Assembly (NCBI GenBank): GCA_973895155.1
Contig: OZ316897.1
Span: forward strand, 15,747,375 to 15,811,374
Direction of reading: 5' to 3'
Length of the DNA: 64,000 nt
From: Marsupella aquatica
Taxonomy: Eukaryota > Plantae > Marchantiophyta
The notes below the pieces were generated by a model. The model was not told where the DNA came from, did no database searches, and saw only the letters and a program-made list of their open reading frames with translations. This document shows positions 24,732 to 37,430 of this stretch, piece after piece (within the stretch, counting starts at the first letter, position 1; each line of letters begins with the position of its first letter). The position numbers were made by a program, and so were the translations under genes.

Positions 24732-25070
24732 TCATTGGCTGCCAGCAGCCTCAAAATCATCGACGGGAGGCACAAATGTGCAGCAAAAGGATTCCTTGTC
24801 TTTGAGAAACAACGAAGTTCCATCCGGATTCCACTTCAAGTCTTTGGCAGCAAACTTAGGGAGTGGTATATTCACACAACAGGACCCGGCTGGTGTCCAC
24901 ATGTACAAACTAAAACTCCCAGTGCAAAGTGCAGGACGTGTCTGCATTGGATCCCATGCTGCTGCACGAATTGGCTCCTAGCTTTTGTATGAGAATGGCC
25001 GTCAACTCCAGATGAGCACCATCCCAAATCCAGAGAGCATTTGCCATGTTATCAGTCTCAGATACAGATA
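24732..25070 (-). pseudogene. WRAP73: C-terminal fragment of a WD40 protein WDR8/WRAP73, frameshifted, no intron in this stretch
   Basis: DNMANALWIWD..LELTAILIQK /frameshift/ EPIRAAAWDP..LCTGS..LYMWTPAGSCCV.IPLPKF...DLKWNPDG..L.LKDKESFCC is the recognisable plant WDR8 C-terminus. No N-terminal part is present. Confidence 0.8.
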
Positions 25071-26605
25071 CAGCCACTTTCGGCTTCCCGAAATCTTGTC
25101 ATGATGGTGGTGTGAATTTTTTAAGCGCCTTTTATAATTACTTTATTCTCAAAAAGTTGTAATAAAGATCCTAAAACTTTGTAATGTGGGATTGTCCCGT
25201 TTACTGCATAAAGAAGGGGGTTGCTAGTGGTGGTGGAATTTGGTCTCAGGGTGGCATCAGAGCCACTAATAAGGAGGCACAAGAGACTAGAGAGGGCCCC
25301 AAAACCATAGGCCTAGCTAGATAGGTATAGGCATCCTGGTGGGTAAGGGCTGGCAGAAGGCTCCACACTAGGCACATGCAAAACTTGAAGAATACTGTCT
25401 TAGCTAAAGAAATGAAGACAATGAAACTGAAGATAGACGTACATTGCTCCTCGATCTAGTACTCAATCCAAACATGCTTGAACTCATTTTGAAACCCTCT
25501 ATGAGTCCCCTGCAAAACCAGGGTCCTTTGGTGGAGTTCAGGTGTGTACCAATTGTCATCGTCCTTAGGAACTTTGATACTTTAAACAAAAGGGGAAGCC
25601 CACACTCCTGAATATATGGTCAACTGGGAACCAACCTAGGGGGCAACACAAAGTCAAGATCCAGATAATGAAAAATGATAGAGGAGAAAGAGTCAAGATA
25701 TGGAAACCCAGGGCCCTCACTCCTAGTAAAATAAGTGAACCCCAAACAATCATGACCCCTGCCCTTTCACTCCTTGTTTCTTTTCATTCTCCTATAATTT
25801 TTTAATTAGTTACTGGTAAAAATTCTTAAAATAAATTCAAAAGACATATACTAGTCCTCGATCAAGCTTAGACATATATTAATTAAGAGTAGGAGCCCAG
25901 GGTATGGAATGTATGAAAACTAAAAACTGTCATTTCTCTGGTAGCAATAATTAAAATACTGTCATATTTGGACTCATTTTGAAACATGATTTGAACCCCA
26001 TTAGTCTGTGGTCCTAATGAGCCAAACGGGGAGCCAAATGGACGACCAGAACAACTTTCAAACTTGGGGGAAAACTTTTTCTCGTACAAGAGTCTTTTAT
26101 CACTAGCTACATGATTAGCTTGTTTGCAGTCTGACAAAGGATTTTTAGAATAATCATTAAATCCTGAAATGCTAACTAGGGTAAATAGTTTCCTGGCTAG
26201 TTGTAGATCCTTATATTAAAAAAGCCATATAATTTGCTTGATAATTAGGTTTAATTCAGCCTTAATTTTGAGTTCCTTGATTTGAGAGGTACAATAGTTT
26301 TGGGAATATATAGTTTAGTAGACTAAAATTAAACCTTAAATGGTCAGTTGGACATAAGACCATTACAAAAATTAAAAACTTGCCCTTATCACAATCAGGA
26401 TCACAATGCAAAATGAACACATTCCCATTTTAACAAAACTCCCACTTAATTAGGACCTTTTCCCTTACTAGCATATGGGCTAGCATGCTAACACTAATGT
26501 ACGTGGAGAAAATGCAAAGTTTGTAAACAAGACACAATTCCACATCATTTGGATCATAAGGAATATCCCCACTTTGAATTGTAGGAATTTTGGATTCCTT
26601 GAGTT

Positions 26606-26902
26606 CTCGGGGGTTTCACTTCCACAAAAATGGCATATCACGTGCGACGAAGGATAGGGTCATTTTATTGGTTCTAAGGGAAGACTTAAGAATTTTTGTA
26701 GAAGAACAATAGGGTCTTTTAAATTCAATTTTGAGACTTATAAGAACATTAGGGCCTTTTTAATCCAATTTTTAGAATATTCCAAGAATATTCCAACTTT
26801 ATAGGGGTTAAAAAATAAAATTTTTTTCTTACATTTTAGGGGGTCCGAGCCCTAAAAACGTCGCAGGCGATGGGGAGGTCCCCATATAGTGAGACCCCCG
26901 AG
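26606..26902. mobile_element. hAT-like MITE (CTCGGGGG family, subfamily 2)
   Basis: CTCGGGGGTTTCACT...AGTGAGACCCCCGAG with 8-bp TSD CTTGAGTT at 26598-26605 and 26903-26910. Confidence 0.9.
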
Positions 26903-27206
26903 CTTGAGTTGAGAGGTACAAGATTTTAGTAGACTAAAATTAAACTTCACATGGTCAACTGGATATAAACTAAGTCATTATAAGGAATTATAAATTTGCC
27001 TTATCAAAAGGGAAGTTGAGTACCCAGGTACAATGGTTACTTCATATTTTGATTTCTTTTGTGTGCATTTTCATTTTTTATTAGAGTGAGTGCATCCATA
27101 CATGTAGTGCATCATTACACATTTAGAACCTATCATTGACCCTATCATTGACACTATTTAATAGCCCAAAATTGATATATGTTGTGGTCGAAGTATATGG
27201 AAAGTT

Positions 27207-27492
27207 CTCGGGGGGTTAACTAAGTGTATATTTTGGGGTACCATGTGCGATCCTAGCCTAATATAAATAGGCCTATTTTATAAAGAAAATATTCCAAAAA
27301 TATTATCTATTTTCAATATTAATAACCTATTTTACTTTATAAAAGGTATATATTAGAGAATATTCCATAAACATGAGTTTATAATACCTTCTTTTGCCTC
27401 ATACGCTTTTTAAAATCTAGTTAATTTCTATCAAAAATACCTATTTTGGATCACACGTGGTTCCTAAGATTTTTTATAGTCAACCCCCCAAA
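27207..27492. mobile_element. hAT-like MITE, paralogue of 8560-8844
   Basis: Same internal sequence as 8560-8844. TSD GGAAAGTT at 27199-27206 and 27493-27500. Right TIR decayed. Confidence 0.85.
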
Positions 27493-28399
27493 GGAAAGTT
27501 CTATTGTTGGTGGGTAAGTCTACAAATTCTGATTTGAACAATTAAAGAGATTTGGCAAATGCCATTTATTAAGAAAGGAAACTACAAATCCTCTAGCCAG
27601 GATTGTCCTTTTTGTGAGTAGAATTCAAGAACACCAACATTGAACTAGGTACAGTCCTGCATAAGGTGAGATAAAATTTATCTCCTACTATACCAAGGGA
27701 TGTGACAATTCTGCTTTGAGTATAAAATGAAAGAATAGTTGTATACCTGGGGCTGGACCTTGGGGCCCAAGTTGTATTGCACATGTACATGGTTCATGGG
27801 AGGGTTGATGCAAATAATTCCTTTGTGAATTAAGTGAGTAGGGATCTACAATGAGCCTAGCCAGCATATATGGATTTTGTTTTTGTTAAAATCTTATTAA
27901 GAATCGGTCAATAATTAGGTTGACTTAGAATTTTTTAAAATCTTATGTGGAAACAGAAGGAAATTAATCAAATTTTATATATAGATCAAAAAAAGATAAA
28001 AGTGGAAAACCCAGCTGCATGTTTCAAATTTGATTTTTGATTATAATCACATATATTATAATCTTTACAAAAATCTACGGAAATTACTTTAAATTACTGT
28101 ATATAGTTGTGTAGTTGATTCCCTTGGGTACATGCAACTCTTGCATAATAGGCACTCAGGGTCGTACATTTTTATATGGACTGAAAAGTTGCTTTTCCAA
28201 AAATATTGAAATTCAAAAACCCTGGGTTTTTCCACTTTTAAAACTTTTCAAGTCATATAAAAGGTTTGGTGTTTTTCTTTTTCCACATGAAATTAGAAAA
28301 TATTCCTAAAAATGTTGTAATTTGTAATTAAATATTTTTAGAATTTTAATAAAATTGCTAAAAAACTGGCTAGTTTGGTTATAGACCCCAGTATTAAAA

Positions 28400-28689
28400 A
28401 AACCGACCCATCACACGCGAATAAGTATATATAGGGTTTTTTTATTGGGTTTAGTGAAATACTTTCAAATTTTTGTTGAAGAACATTAGGGTTATTTTAA
28501 TCCAATGTTGAGAATTATAAGAATCATAGGGTTTTTTAAAATCAAATATGAGAATATTCTTGGAATATTCCATTAAATTAGGGGTAAAAAAATTCATAAA
28601 AAAAACTTTATTGACTTAACTTTTAGGGTGTTTATTCCCCCAAAACTTCAAGCGTGATATGGGACACCCCTTGGATTGAGGCCCCCGAG
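28400..28689. mobile_element. Partial CTCGGGGG-family MITE (right end only)
   Basis: Internal similarity to 26606-26902, ending GAGGCCCCCGAG. Left TIR not found. Confidence 0.55.
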
Positions 28690-30861
28690 ATTAAAGTTAC
28701 ATTATTTTTTGTATTCCTTGAGTTGAAAGCTGCAAGCAATATATATATATATATAGTAAACTAAAATGAAACCTAACATGGATAATTGGAAACCCCCAAG
28801 TTCCCAATTTCTGAGTTCAAATTTCTGCTACTCCAAAATTCCTATCGGATTTGACTGATCGATCTAGTACTAATTTGGTGAGTACGTTGGGAGGAGGGAA
28901 ACATGCCACAAACCTGGGGCCACAATTCTCAAATCCCCACCCAACTTGCGTAAGGATTAAACCACGACCTGTGATTCCTCCGCACACCTAGCTCACATCT
29001 AACACTCCCAATTCAACAACCTTAAGTGGTAAACCTTAATTGTCCGCTAGTGTTCAAGCTTCAATGACCAAAACCCTGGCACCCAACTTCCCTTTCTATA
29101 AGGCAATATTTAATTCCTTGTAATGACTTTATGCCAAATTAGTTCGTGGACCCCTTGGCTAATAAAATCAGGCCCGGAAGAGTCGATCTGAGCCGTCTCC
29201 ATTTCTTATCTCTGGAAATCTCGTCCGTCCATCATAATGGCCAATCTATGGCTCAAAAGAAAGATCTCAAATAGATCTATGGATGGGTTCTGTCCGTTTT
29301 GGAAATGGGTTAATATTTTTCAAATGAAAAATTAAACAAATCCAAGCCTTCCTAGCCGTCGATTTTGTTGATTTTACGATCTTTGCCGTCCATTTGGTAA
29401 TGCCTCTAGAAATCTTATTCATCCATGTTATAAGGCAATCTAGGGTGCAAAAGAAAGACCTCAATGAGATCTACGACTGGGTAATTTTTGTTTTGAGAAT
29501 GAGTAAATAGTTTTGAGTATAAAATTCGATGAACTTTCAAGATTCCAACCATTCCTCCTCCCCGATCCTGGGTTTCTATGTGCTCTTCCCAGCGTTAATG
29601 GCCGTACAATACGAGAGGTCCTTACATACCGGGAGTTGCGGTTTAACAAGGAAGTTATCAAGTTAGTTATTAGTCATTATTTATTATATAAAAAATACTT
29701 TTTATAAATCTTTGAATTTAAGTTTTAAAATTGGAAATGTAACTAAAACGGTTACATAGTGACAGTTTTAACCGTCTTGCTCTTTGCATTTCCAATGTTT
29801 CTACTTTTCTTTTTACGGCACGACATCCCAAAATTTACACCCAAATTGACACAAACACGAATGAAAACTATAAGTTTGATTCACAAAACCGACGAATCTT
29901 ATTTGTTGCGGTTGTTGTTGACATGGCACGCTGTGGTGCCAGGAATTTTGGAAGGGACCTCTAGTGGGGTCCGTAACAATTGACCATGTGAAGTTTCATT
30001 TTAGTCTACTAAACTCTTGTACCTCTCAATTCAAAGAATCCAAATTAATATGTAACTTGAAAAACAAACACCAAACTTGTTTTGATGTGGCAAAACTTGT
30101 TAAAAACCAAATTATATGGGTTTTTTTTAAATCAGGGGTCTACAGCCAAACTAGCCAGCTTTTTAGAATTTTTATTAAAAATTGAGAAATCCTTTAGTAA
30201 AAGTCACACCAAGTTTATAATTTGTTTTTTGTCTTAAGTAGAAAAAGAAGAAACCAAAGTATATATACCCGGTATATATATGACCCATAAAATTTTAAAA
30301 AGCAAAAAAACAAAACAATTTCAACCCGACATTTTATTATTGCCAACTCTAAAGTCCATACAAAAATGTAGACGTAACCGTGCCTATTATACAAGAGTTC
30401 ATACCCAAGTGACCAAAGCGGCACAGGGTAGTCATCCACAAATTTAAAATGAAACCTATCTGTACTCATAGAATGATTGGTGTTAATGAGGGGCGGTAAA
30501 AAAGTTTTGCAATTAATTGGACCTAAATATCAAAATGAAGTTGTGCGAGTCATCAATGAAACCTACATGTACTCATAGATGGGCTCAATAGAGTGACTGG
30601 TGTAGTTAATGGCACGGTAAAAGCGGGGGTAAAAGACATGCAATGGAGCTATCAAAATAACATTTGTGCCACTCATGATTGATGGAGGAGACAAATTACT
30701 TGGTGCCAAGAGTTCAGTATTAGTTCCCTACCCCTAGGGCAGATTCTACTATCCTATTGGTTCCACTTACACTCTGAGCATGGGGATTGGGCATTATTAT
30801 TCACATTTTCCATGGTGAGGAATATACATGAGTATTGCAACACTAAGGAGGTCATAGACAC

Positions 30862-31425
30862 TAGGAAGCTAGATACTAGTGTTGCCAACACACCACTCTT
30901 GGAAAATCATTCAAGAAAATCATTTCAAAGTCATATGACTTTGGAGTGCAGGCTCCGTAAAAATGTTATTGTGTGGATCCCAGTAAGTTAAATTGTGTAG
31001 ATGGTGTGCAGTGTGCACCGTTCCTCACCTCATGGGAGTGGGAGCTCAGGTTTTGGGGCTCCCACTCAAGAAGAATATTGGTCAGAAAGGGAATAAAAAT
31101 GTCAAAGTCAGTCATCTCATCACCATCAATATATCGTGACTCCCAGCATGGCATACACAAGGACTAGCTACCGGGTAGTGATGTACCTAAGTGACATCCA
31201 AGTGTACTCATAGGATGATCGGTGTTAGGGACAGATTAATCTGAGACTTGCAAACTGTTAAAATGACGTTTATGCCAGTCATCATTGGTGCATGAGAGAA
31301 ATTATGCAGCCAAGAATTAAACATTAATATCATTTAATTCCTCTAGGGAAAATCCCTCTATTCTTGCTCAGAATAAAACGTCAGCCTTGCCATCTAGTTA
31401 GCAGATTGCGTGCGATAAGTCACAA
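30862..31425. repeat. Inverted partner of 1-562
   Basis: Reverse complement of the window start. Confidence 0.93.
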
Positions 31426-31900
31426 AAACCAAGCCAGGACCACATGGAATTAGCCAGTGCCTTAGATCACTCCGAAAATCTCTTAAATCGTAAGCCTTCC
31501 GGTTCTGTAACTCTATTAAAAGCTACCACACCTAAACGCCTAGTCGTCCTCCTGTCTACAGAGCCCTCTGGGTGTGATACTCTTGCCCTTGAATCAACCT
31601 TCTCCACATGGTCATATAACCAAAAACTGAAGTTCCTACGAATAAATGTATCAGACGAGATTTGGAAAGCCTGCTATGTCTACAGGAGTTGATCGAACGG
31701 GCCTTAGACTATTGAGATGAGATGTAGTCTCTTGTATTTCCAACACAATTCGGTATATAAAGTTACATCAATACAGACCTGTATGCTATCTTAATTACCG
31801 AGCAGTGGAACCGCATCCTCTTCCCAATGGTCATACATATCGAAGCTACTTTCTCTGAAGAAAGCTCCTTTCCAATTGTCACAAATTAAATCGATGATGA

Positions 31901-32587
31901 TCATGCAACTTCCGGAGCTGCCACAGGCTCGATCCTACACCAGGAATCAACTTTGGGGTCGTAAACCTCCTTTCCACGAACTGGTTCCCCATTCAAATGA
32001 CCCCCAGAAACATTAATCTTCCCATCTACGATAATAACATCAAAATCTTGTCTGGCTTCTGTCATATTTGCACATTGCTTCCATTTTCTCCGTCCTGCCA
32101 AATCGAGCATATATGTAGTATTGAAGCTTTTGGCATAATTCCTTGTTCTGTACGACCGTGCTCCTCCCAATATGTATATTCTGCAATCCATCGAAACGCA
32201 TACGCAGCGAACTGGGAATCCTTGGGGAAGACCAGGAATTGGAGGAAGCGGAAACCAAGCATTATCTTGCATCGACACTTCTAAAAAAATTTCGATCTTA
32301 GTGTTAACACGCCGGGCAAAAACAGCATGCGTGTTTACAGATTGAGTGCGGACTCTGGCATCGTGAACTAGGTCACCTTGAATTGCCTTCTCCCAAGCAG
32401 GACTTAGGGAATGTAGGGTCGGAATGTCGGTCCAAGAAAGTTTTGGAGTAATCATGTTCAGGGTGATGCCATTGGGGATGCCTGGTAAAAGTTCTTCCTC
32501 GAGGTCGTTAGAACTCAGTGGTGGCACCACTGTCAACCTCTCTACGGTCCTCCGTACTGAAACAAACTTTCCACTACGCAGCCTCAT
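31901..32587 (-). CDS. Intronless F-box/kelch-repeat protein, short (about 2 kelch repeats), possibly a pseudogene
   Basis: F-box-like LLPGIPNGITLNMITPKL..L.SLSPAW. Kelch motifs WFPLPPIP, RIYILGG, WKQCANMTEAR, DGKINVSGG and EVYDPKVDSW. Confidence 0.8.
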   Translation of the reverse strand: MRLRSGKFVSVRRTVERLTVVPPLSSNDLEEELLPGIPNGITLNMITPKLSWTDIPTLHSLSPAWEKAIQGDLVHDARVRTQSVNTHAVFARRVNTKIEIFLEVSMQDNAWFPLPPIPGLPQGFPVRCVCVSMDCRIYILGGARSYRTRNYAKSFNTTYMLDLAGRRKWKQCANMTEARQDFDVIIVDGKINVSGGHLNGEPVRGKEVYDPKVDSWCRIEPVAAPEVA

Positions 32588-35043
32588 ATTGCTGCAAACA
32601 GTCAACCATCTGTAATAGGTTAAAATTCATCCCGGTCGAGAAAGTCTTTGTGAGTTGTTCCAGTTCCAAGAAGTTAATTGCTTAATTAGAAGTGTTCGGC
32701 CGACTCCTAGTAGAAGCACTCAAGTTCACTACTTCCTGCGAGAGTAATGGCTCGCAGGAACTGGTAAAGGCCACACATTTCATTCAGCCCTGGACTTGAA
32801 GACGCACAGAGTCGACGATCGTTTTCTTCAATTCTGATCATGTCAAGTTCAAAGATGGGTAGTCACGAATTCGACCTACTGCCCGGCTGTGAATAGAGGC
32901 ATGTAGTTGCCATATGGAGAACGATTTTACTGACACTAAAGGAGACGCGGGTGCAGACTTCCTACATTAAAGACGGCGAGAGCGACTGAATCGAGAAAGG
33001 TTGAGAATTCGATCCACAAGCTAGCAATTCTGGACTTTCTCATTCAACACACCGACTAGGAGCCATTATAATATATAGATAGCCTAAAAGTTGAGCATTT
33101 AATTTTCTCCCTTTAGATGTGAATTTATACACACGTAAAATATAATTGGAGCTCAAGGAAACGGACTTAGCTCATCGAAAGGCTCTCACTATTAAGCACA
33201 AGTTTCGCACAACTAAAGTAACCACCAAAAGTCCAAAGGCAGGAATCTTCTCAGGTCTTGATGCATTCCAAGAATGTGACGAAACCGCACCAAACCAGAA
33301 AAATCATCTCCAAAGTACGCAATCGTAGTACATGTACGTCACCCAAGAAATAGTCTAAAACAACACAAAATTTCTAAAAATTATATTGTCAACTACTGTA
33401 ACGATTCGCACATTGCAACCGAGCTCATCTCTAAGAATATACGAAGAACGTTTGTACTAATTATTGGCAAAGAATAGCTAGCCGGGTCCGGACAAGCAAA
33501 CATAAAGGAACAAAAGTTGTATTAAAAATAGTTTGAGGAAACAAACACCAAACCTGAAGACCGGATTTTGAATTCCTATGGGCAAACGAGTTTCGAATGC
33601 GATGAACAAGCATGAACATTGGGTAGATGGGGAATAAATACATGATCGGTAAAACTGACAAATTAAGAGGTTGAAATTGACATGATCGATTAGAAACACC
33701 CTAAAATCACCTCCTAAGGTCAGATATATTACCGCAGTAATGAAGGGCAAAACTGATAAATGTGTTCAAATTGATATGACTCGAAACGCGCAAAATTAAC
33801 TCCGGAGATCAGATATATCACCACAGTCAGGAATGAAGGACGTCTAAACTGATCGACAAAGATATTGAAACTGACATGATGAGAAACGCCCTAACTGAAA
33901 TCACATCGTAAGGTCATCTAGATATATTACCGGAGTAGGGACGCCGGCTTGAGAAGGCCAAGATTGCAAATTAAAAACCTTGTCTGAGTTGTTGCCGTTT
34001 GAGTCGATCAGGAAGGCCCAACCGATATCAAACAAGTGAAAAAAGCTCGACACTGTAAGTAGGGATGAACCGCCACTGAGGCATGAGCGATCCGTGCACT
34101 GGCATCTGCAAGGAGGGGGGCCGAGGCGAAAGATGAATAGCTTTCAAGTTCGCTGGCAGGCCAAAGAAGAATGACTGTCATAGATGTTCAACCTAACCTC
34201 TTATATACTGTGTGCGCGCAGCAGTGAAGTGTGAGCGTTGGACAAAGAGTGACTAATGACTACACATACGGGGATTAGCCAATGACTGATGACATTCACT
34301 GCACCACATACTGCTTCCTATCGGGATTCCTATGCTGTCAAGAAGTCGGCATCGCTAATAACAACATGCAACGGACTACTGACGACCCTGATGACTTTCA
34401 TGTATATATATTGGCTAATAACAACGATGTACTCCTGACGAAAGCCAGACCCTGATGACCCTCTCCTTGCATGGCTAAGGGTGTTGTAATCTCGGGGAGG
34501 CCAGTTTCAATTTGCCTAACGCCCGAACTAATACTCGATCAGATTCTCTCCATTGGACAAGCATGCATGAGACAAAACTCAACTGAAGTGGGTAATTGGA
34601 TTGAATTAATGAGAAGTACTACTTAGTACAAAATCACCATGAGTAGTCTTGACATTTTTTCGATGATTAACATAATTATCAATAGGGAATTGATTGACCA
34701 ATCTAATATTTCAGATTGATTAATTCAATGCAACCAGGGAGGAGCCCGGGAAGGAGCAGTAACATTGAGGGCTTGACACAGGACAATATCTGTCCAGTGG
34801 AGCCAACAAATGTCTTCAAGCAAGCCATTGAAAGCTCCACAGTACGTGCTTGTCAAGTACAGGCAAGAGTAAGCTACCAACATGATTGCTACTTTCCAGG
34901 CATATGTAACTTACCTTGTCTAATTTTGTTTTTTTTAACTCGCCCTTATCCATCATCAATTTTTTTGTGAAAGCTCTAGTTCCTGCAAAAGGATCCACCC
35001 CCAATTCAGAAGTGAAAGTTCAATAGGACGTACTGTACTTACA

Positions 35044-37430
35044 TCAAACACTATAATACACGATGACGCGCTTTTTGTGGTCATCGTCCGTTTATGAAAT
35101 GCAGGGTGGGCGGGAACCAACCATGGCCCTTAGATGTTTTTGCAATTTTTTAGATCCCTTGGATATGCCTCAAACCCCCACCCAAGCCCTTTACAAGCCT
35201 TGCATAGGGCATCGGGCCAAGTGATTAAAGCTCATTGCTTCAGTCCCTATGCATGCCCCCAGGCTTGCATGCTCCTGCCCTGTCCCCCGACTCTTAGGCT
35301 TCCCTAGCCTAGGTCATGCCCTGACTAACTGACTTGCATGCATTATTGCGCCCACAACCTTGGCTTCCCCCTTTGTACTTAATGGGTACCTTTTATTGCT
35401 GTTATAATACATGTTTGATATAGGTTACAGTACATGTGCTAGGGTACATAGTATACACATAAAGTATTTTCTGGCATGGAGCATTAAAGGAAAATAGGTT
35501 AAGGCATAGATTTAATTGACCAGAGTTTGAGGTTTTTGGCATGGAGGCAAAAGGGGAAGTGATAACATAGAATTTTTTTTGGGCTCTTTTTTCTTGAGAA
35601 GGGACGGGATGGTTATCCTTCCTTCCCAAAAATATCTCTTTTTTAATGGTCTTGGAGGGAAGGAAAACGTGTAGAGATGGAGGAAGGGAGAGCAGGGGAG
35701 AAAAAAATGGGAAAGCATGAGGACAATAGGGAGACAAAAAAGGTAAGATATATGTTCTCCATATAGCATGAAGCATCCCAACTTGAATCTCACAATGCCT
35801 TGGATGTTCTTACTAGCCTTGCACTCCCCCCAGTCCTCGCCTTCCCCAATGACATCACTTTCACAAGAACAACATCGACCGAAATGAGAACATTGTCGCA
35901 CCAACAACTATGCACCTAAACAACATGTTGCAACCATAATATGATTACATGCAGCATGACATGGTTGGAATGACGACACCTCCACAACAATGACACCACT
36001 GCAATGACAATCCAGTTGAAACAAAAACTGACTTTCAAAACCATAACATAAGTGCAATGATAACTCGACGACAAACACAGTCATAATATTATAGCTCTAA
36101 AGTTAAGTTTGCCTCCACGTACAAGACTTATTTTCCTCAATGATTTCCTTTGCACAATGAGTTGTTTTATAAACGACATATTTTTTGCATTGATATTAAT
36201 TGCCCAATGACATATTTTATGCATCAACATGTTTTAGACAACGACATTTTCTGCCCAACACATGGGTATTGAGTTATCAAACACTATGAAAAGCTACCAT
36301 GCCTTATTTAAGCTTTTGTGCAGTCTATTTTTAAAAAGTGAAAAATGAGGGAACAACTAATACCTTCAAATATATTCCATTTATTCTAATGCCCTCAGCT
36401 TAAGTGAAAAGAGGTACCCAATGGAAGGGGATACCCATGGATATATTTGCCCAGAGGAAGGTACATTGGTAACTTAAAAGTTTTTTTTGGCTTTTTGCTA
36501 GGAATAAGAGAAATTTTCATTTTTCTTTCAGATCATTTTGTGTTTTCCTCCCGGTTTTTTTCTTACCTTTTAATCGTGTTGGAGGGGGGGAGGGAGGCTG
36601 GAAGGAGAGAGAGGGAGGGTGCAATCGAGGAGGAGAAAACAAAAAAGGAAATAATATTCCCTACGTCCATATGGCACTGGGTTTAGGGTTAAACCACTGC
36701 CTCTGGCTGTCTTGCGGTGCCCCCACCCTCCTCCACCCTTGCCCTCCCGACAACTCCTTGGGACATGCTTTGCCTTGACATTTTTGCCTTGCCTTCATTT
36801 TGTCATGCCTTCACATTTTTCAAGCTTTGACTTATTTTTCTCACATTGACATCTTTTTTTCTCCTTGATATTGCTTTCTCACATTGGCATCTTTTCTATT
36901 CTTGACATTCTTCTCTCCTTGAATGCTTTTTCTCTCCTCGACATTATTTTCACACCTCAATTGAAACCTCAACATTGTTTTCTCACCTCAATATCTTTTC
37001 TCACGGTCTCCACATCTTTTCTCACCTTGATGTCTTTTTCTCACCTCGACAACTATTCTCACCTCAACATATTTTTCCTCAATGTCTTTTCTTTCCTTGA
37101 CATCTTCTCTTCTCATGAACATTCTTTTCTCACTCAATTTCAATTTCTCACCTCAATATTTTTCTCTCCTTCGCATATTTTCTTGCCTTTGATATATTTT
37201 CCTCACTTTGACATCTTTTTCTCTCTTTGACATTTTTCTCACCTTGACGTATTTCCCTCACCTCGACATCTTTCCCTTGCCTTGACATCTTGCCTTCTCC
37301 TTGACATCTTGCCATCACCTCAACATCTTTTCCTCTATCCACATCTTGCCCTCACCTTGGAATCTTTCCGTCACCTGGCATCTTGCCCTTACCTCAAAAT
37401 CTTTCGTGCAACGCACGGGCATAGGGCTTG
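35044..37430 (+). mobile_element. Probable non-autonomous Helitron
   Basis: 3' hairpin CGTGCAACGCACG (37405-37417) followed 9 nt later by CTTG|T. Candidate 5' end A|TCAAACACTATAATA at 35044. No TSD and no coding capacity. Confidence 0.55.
36760..37400. repeat. Degenerate pyrimidine-rich short tandem array (TCTCACCTTGACATCTTT-like units)
   Basis: Many ~20-bp variants. Related arrays at ~7410-7690 (reverse) and ~39840-40140. Confidence 0.75.
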
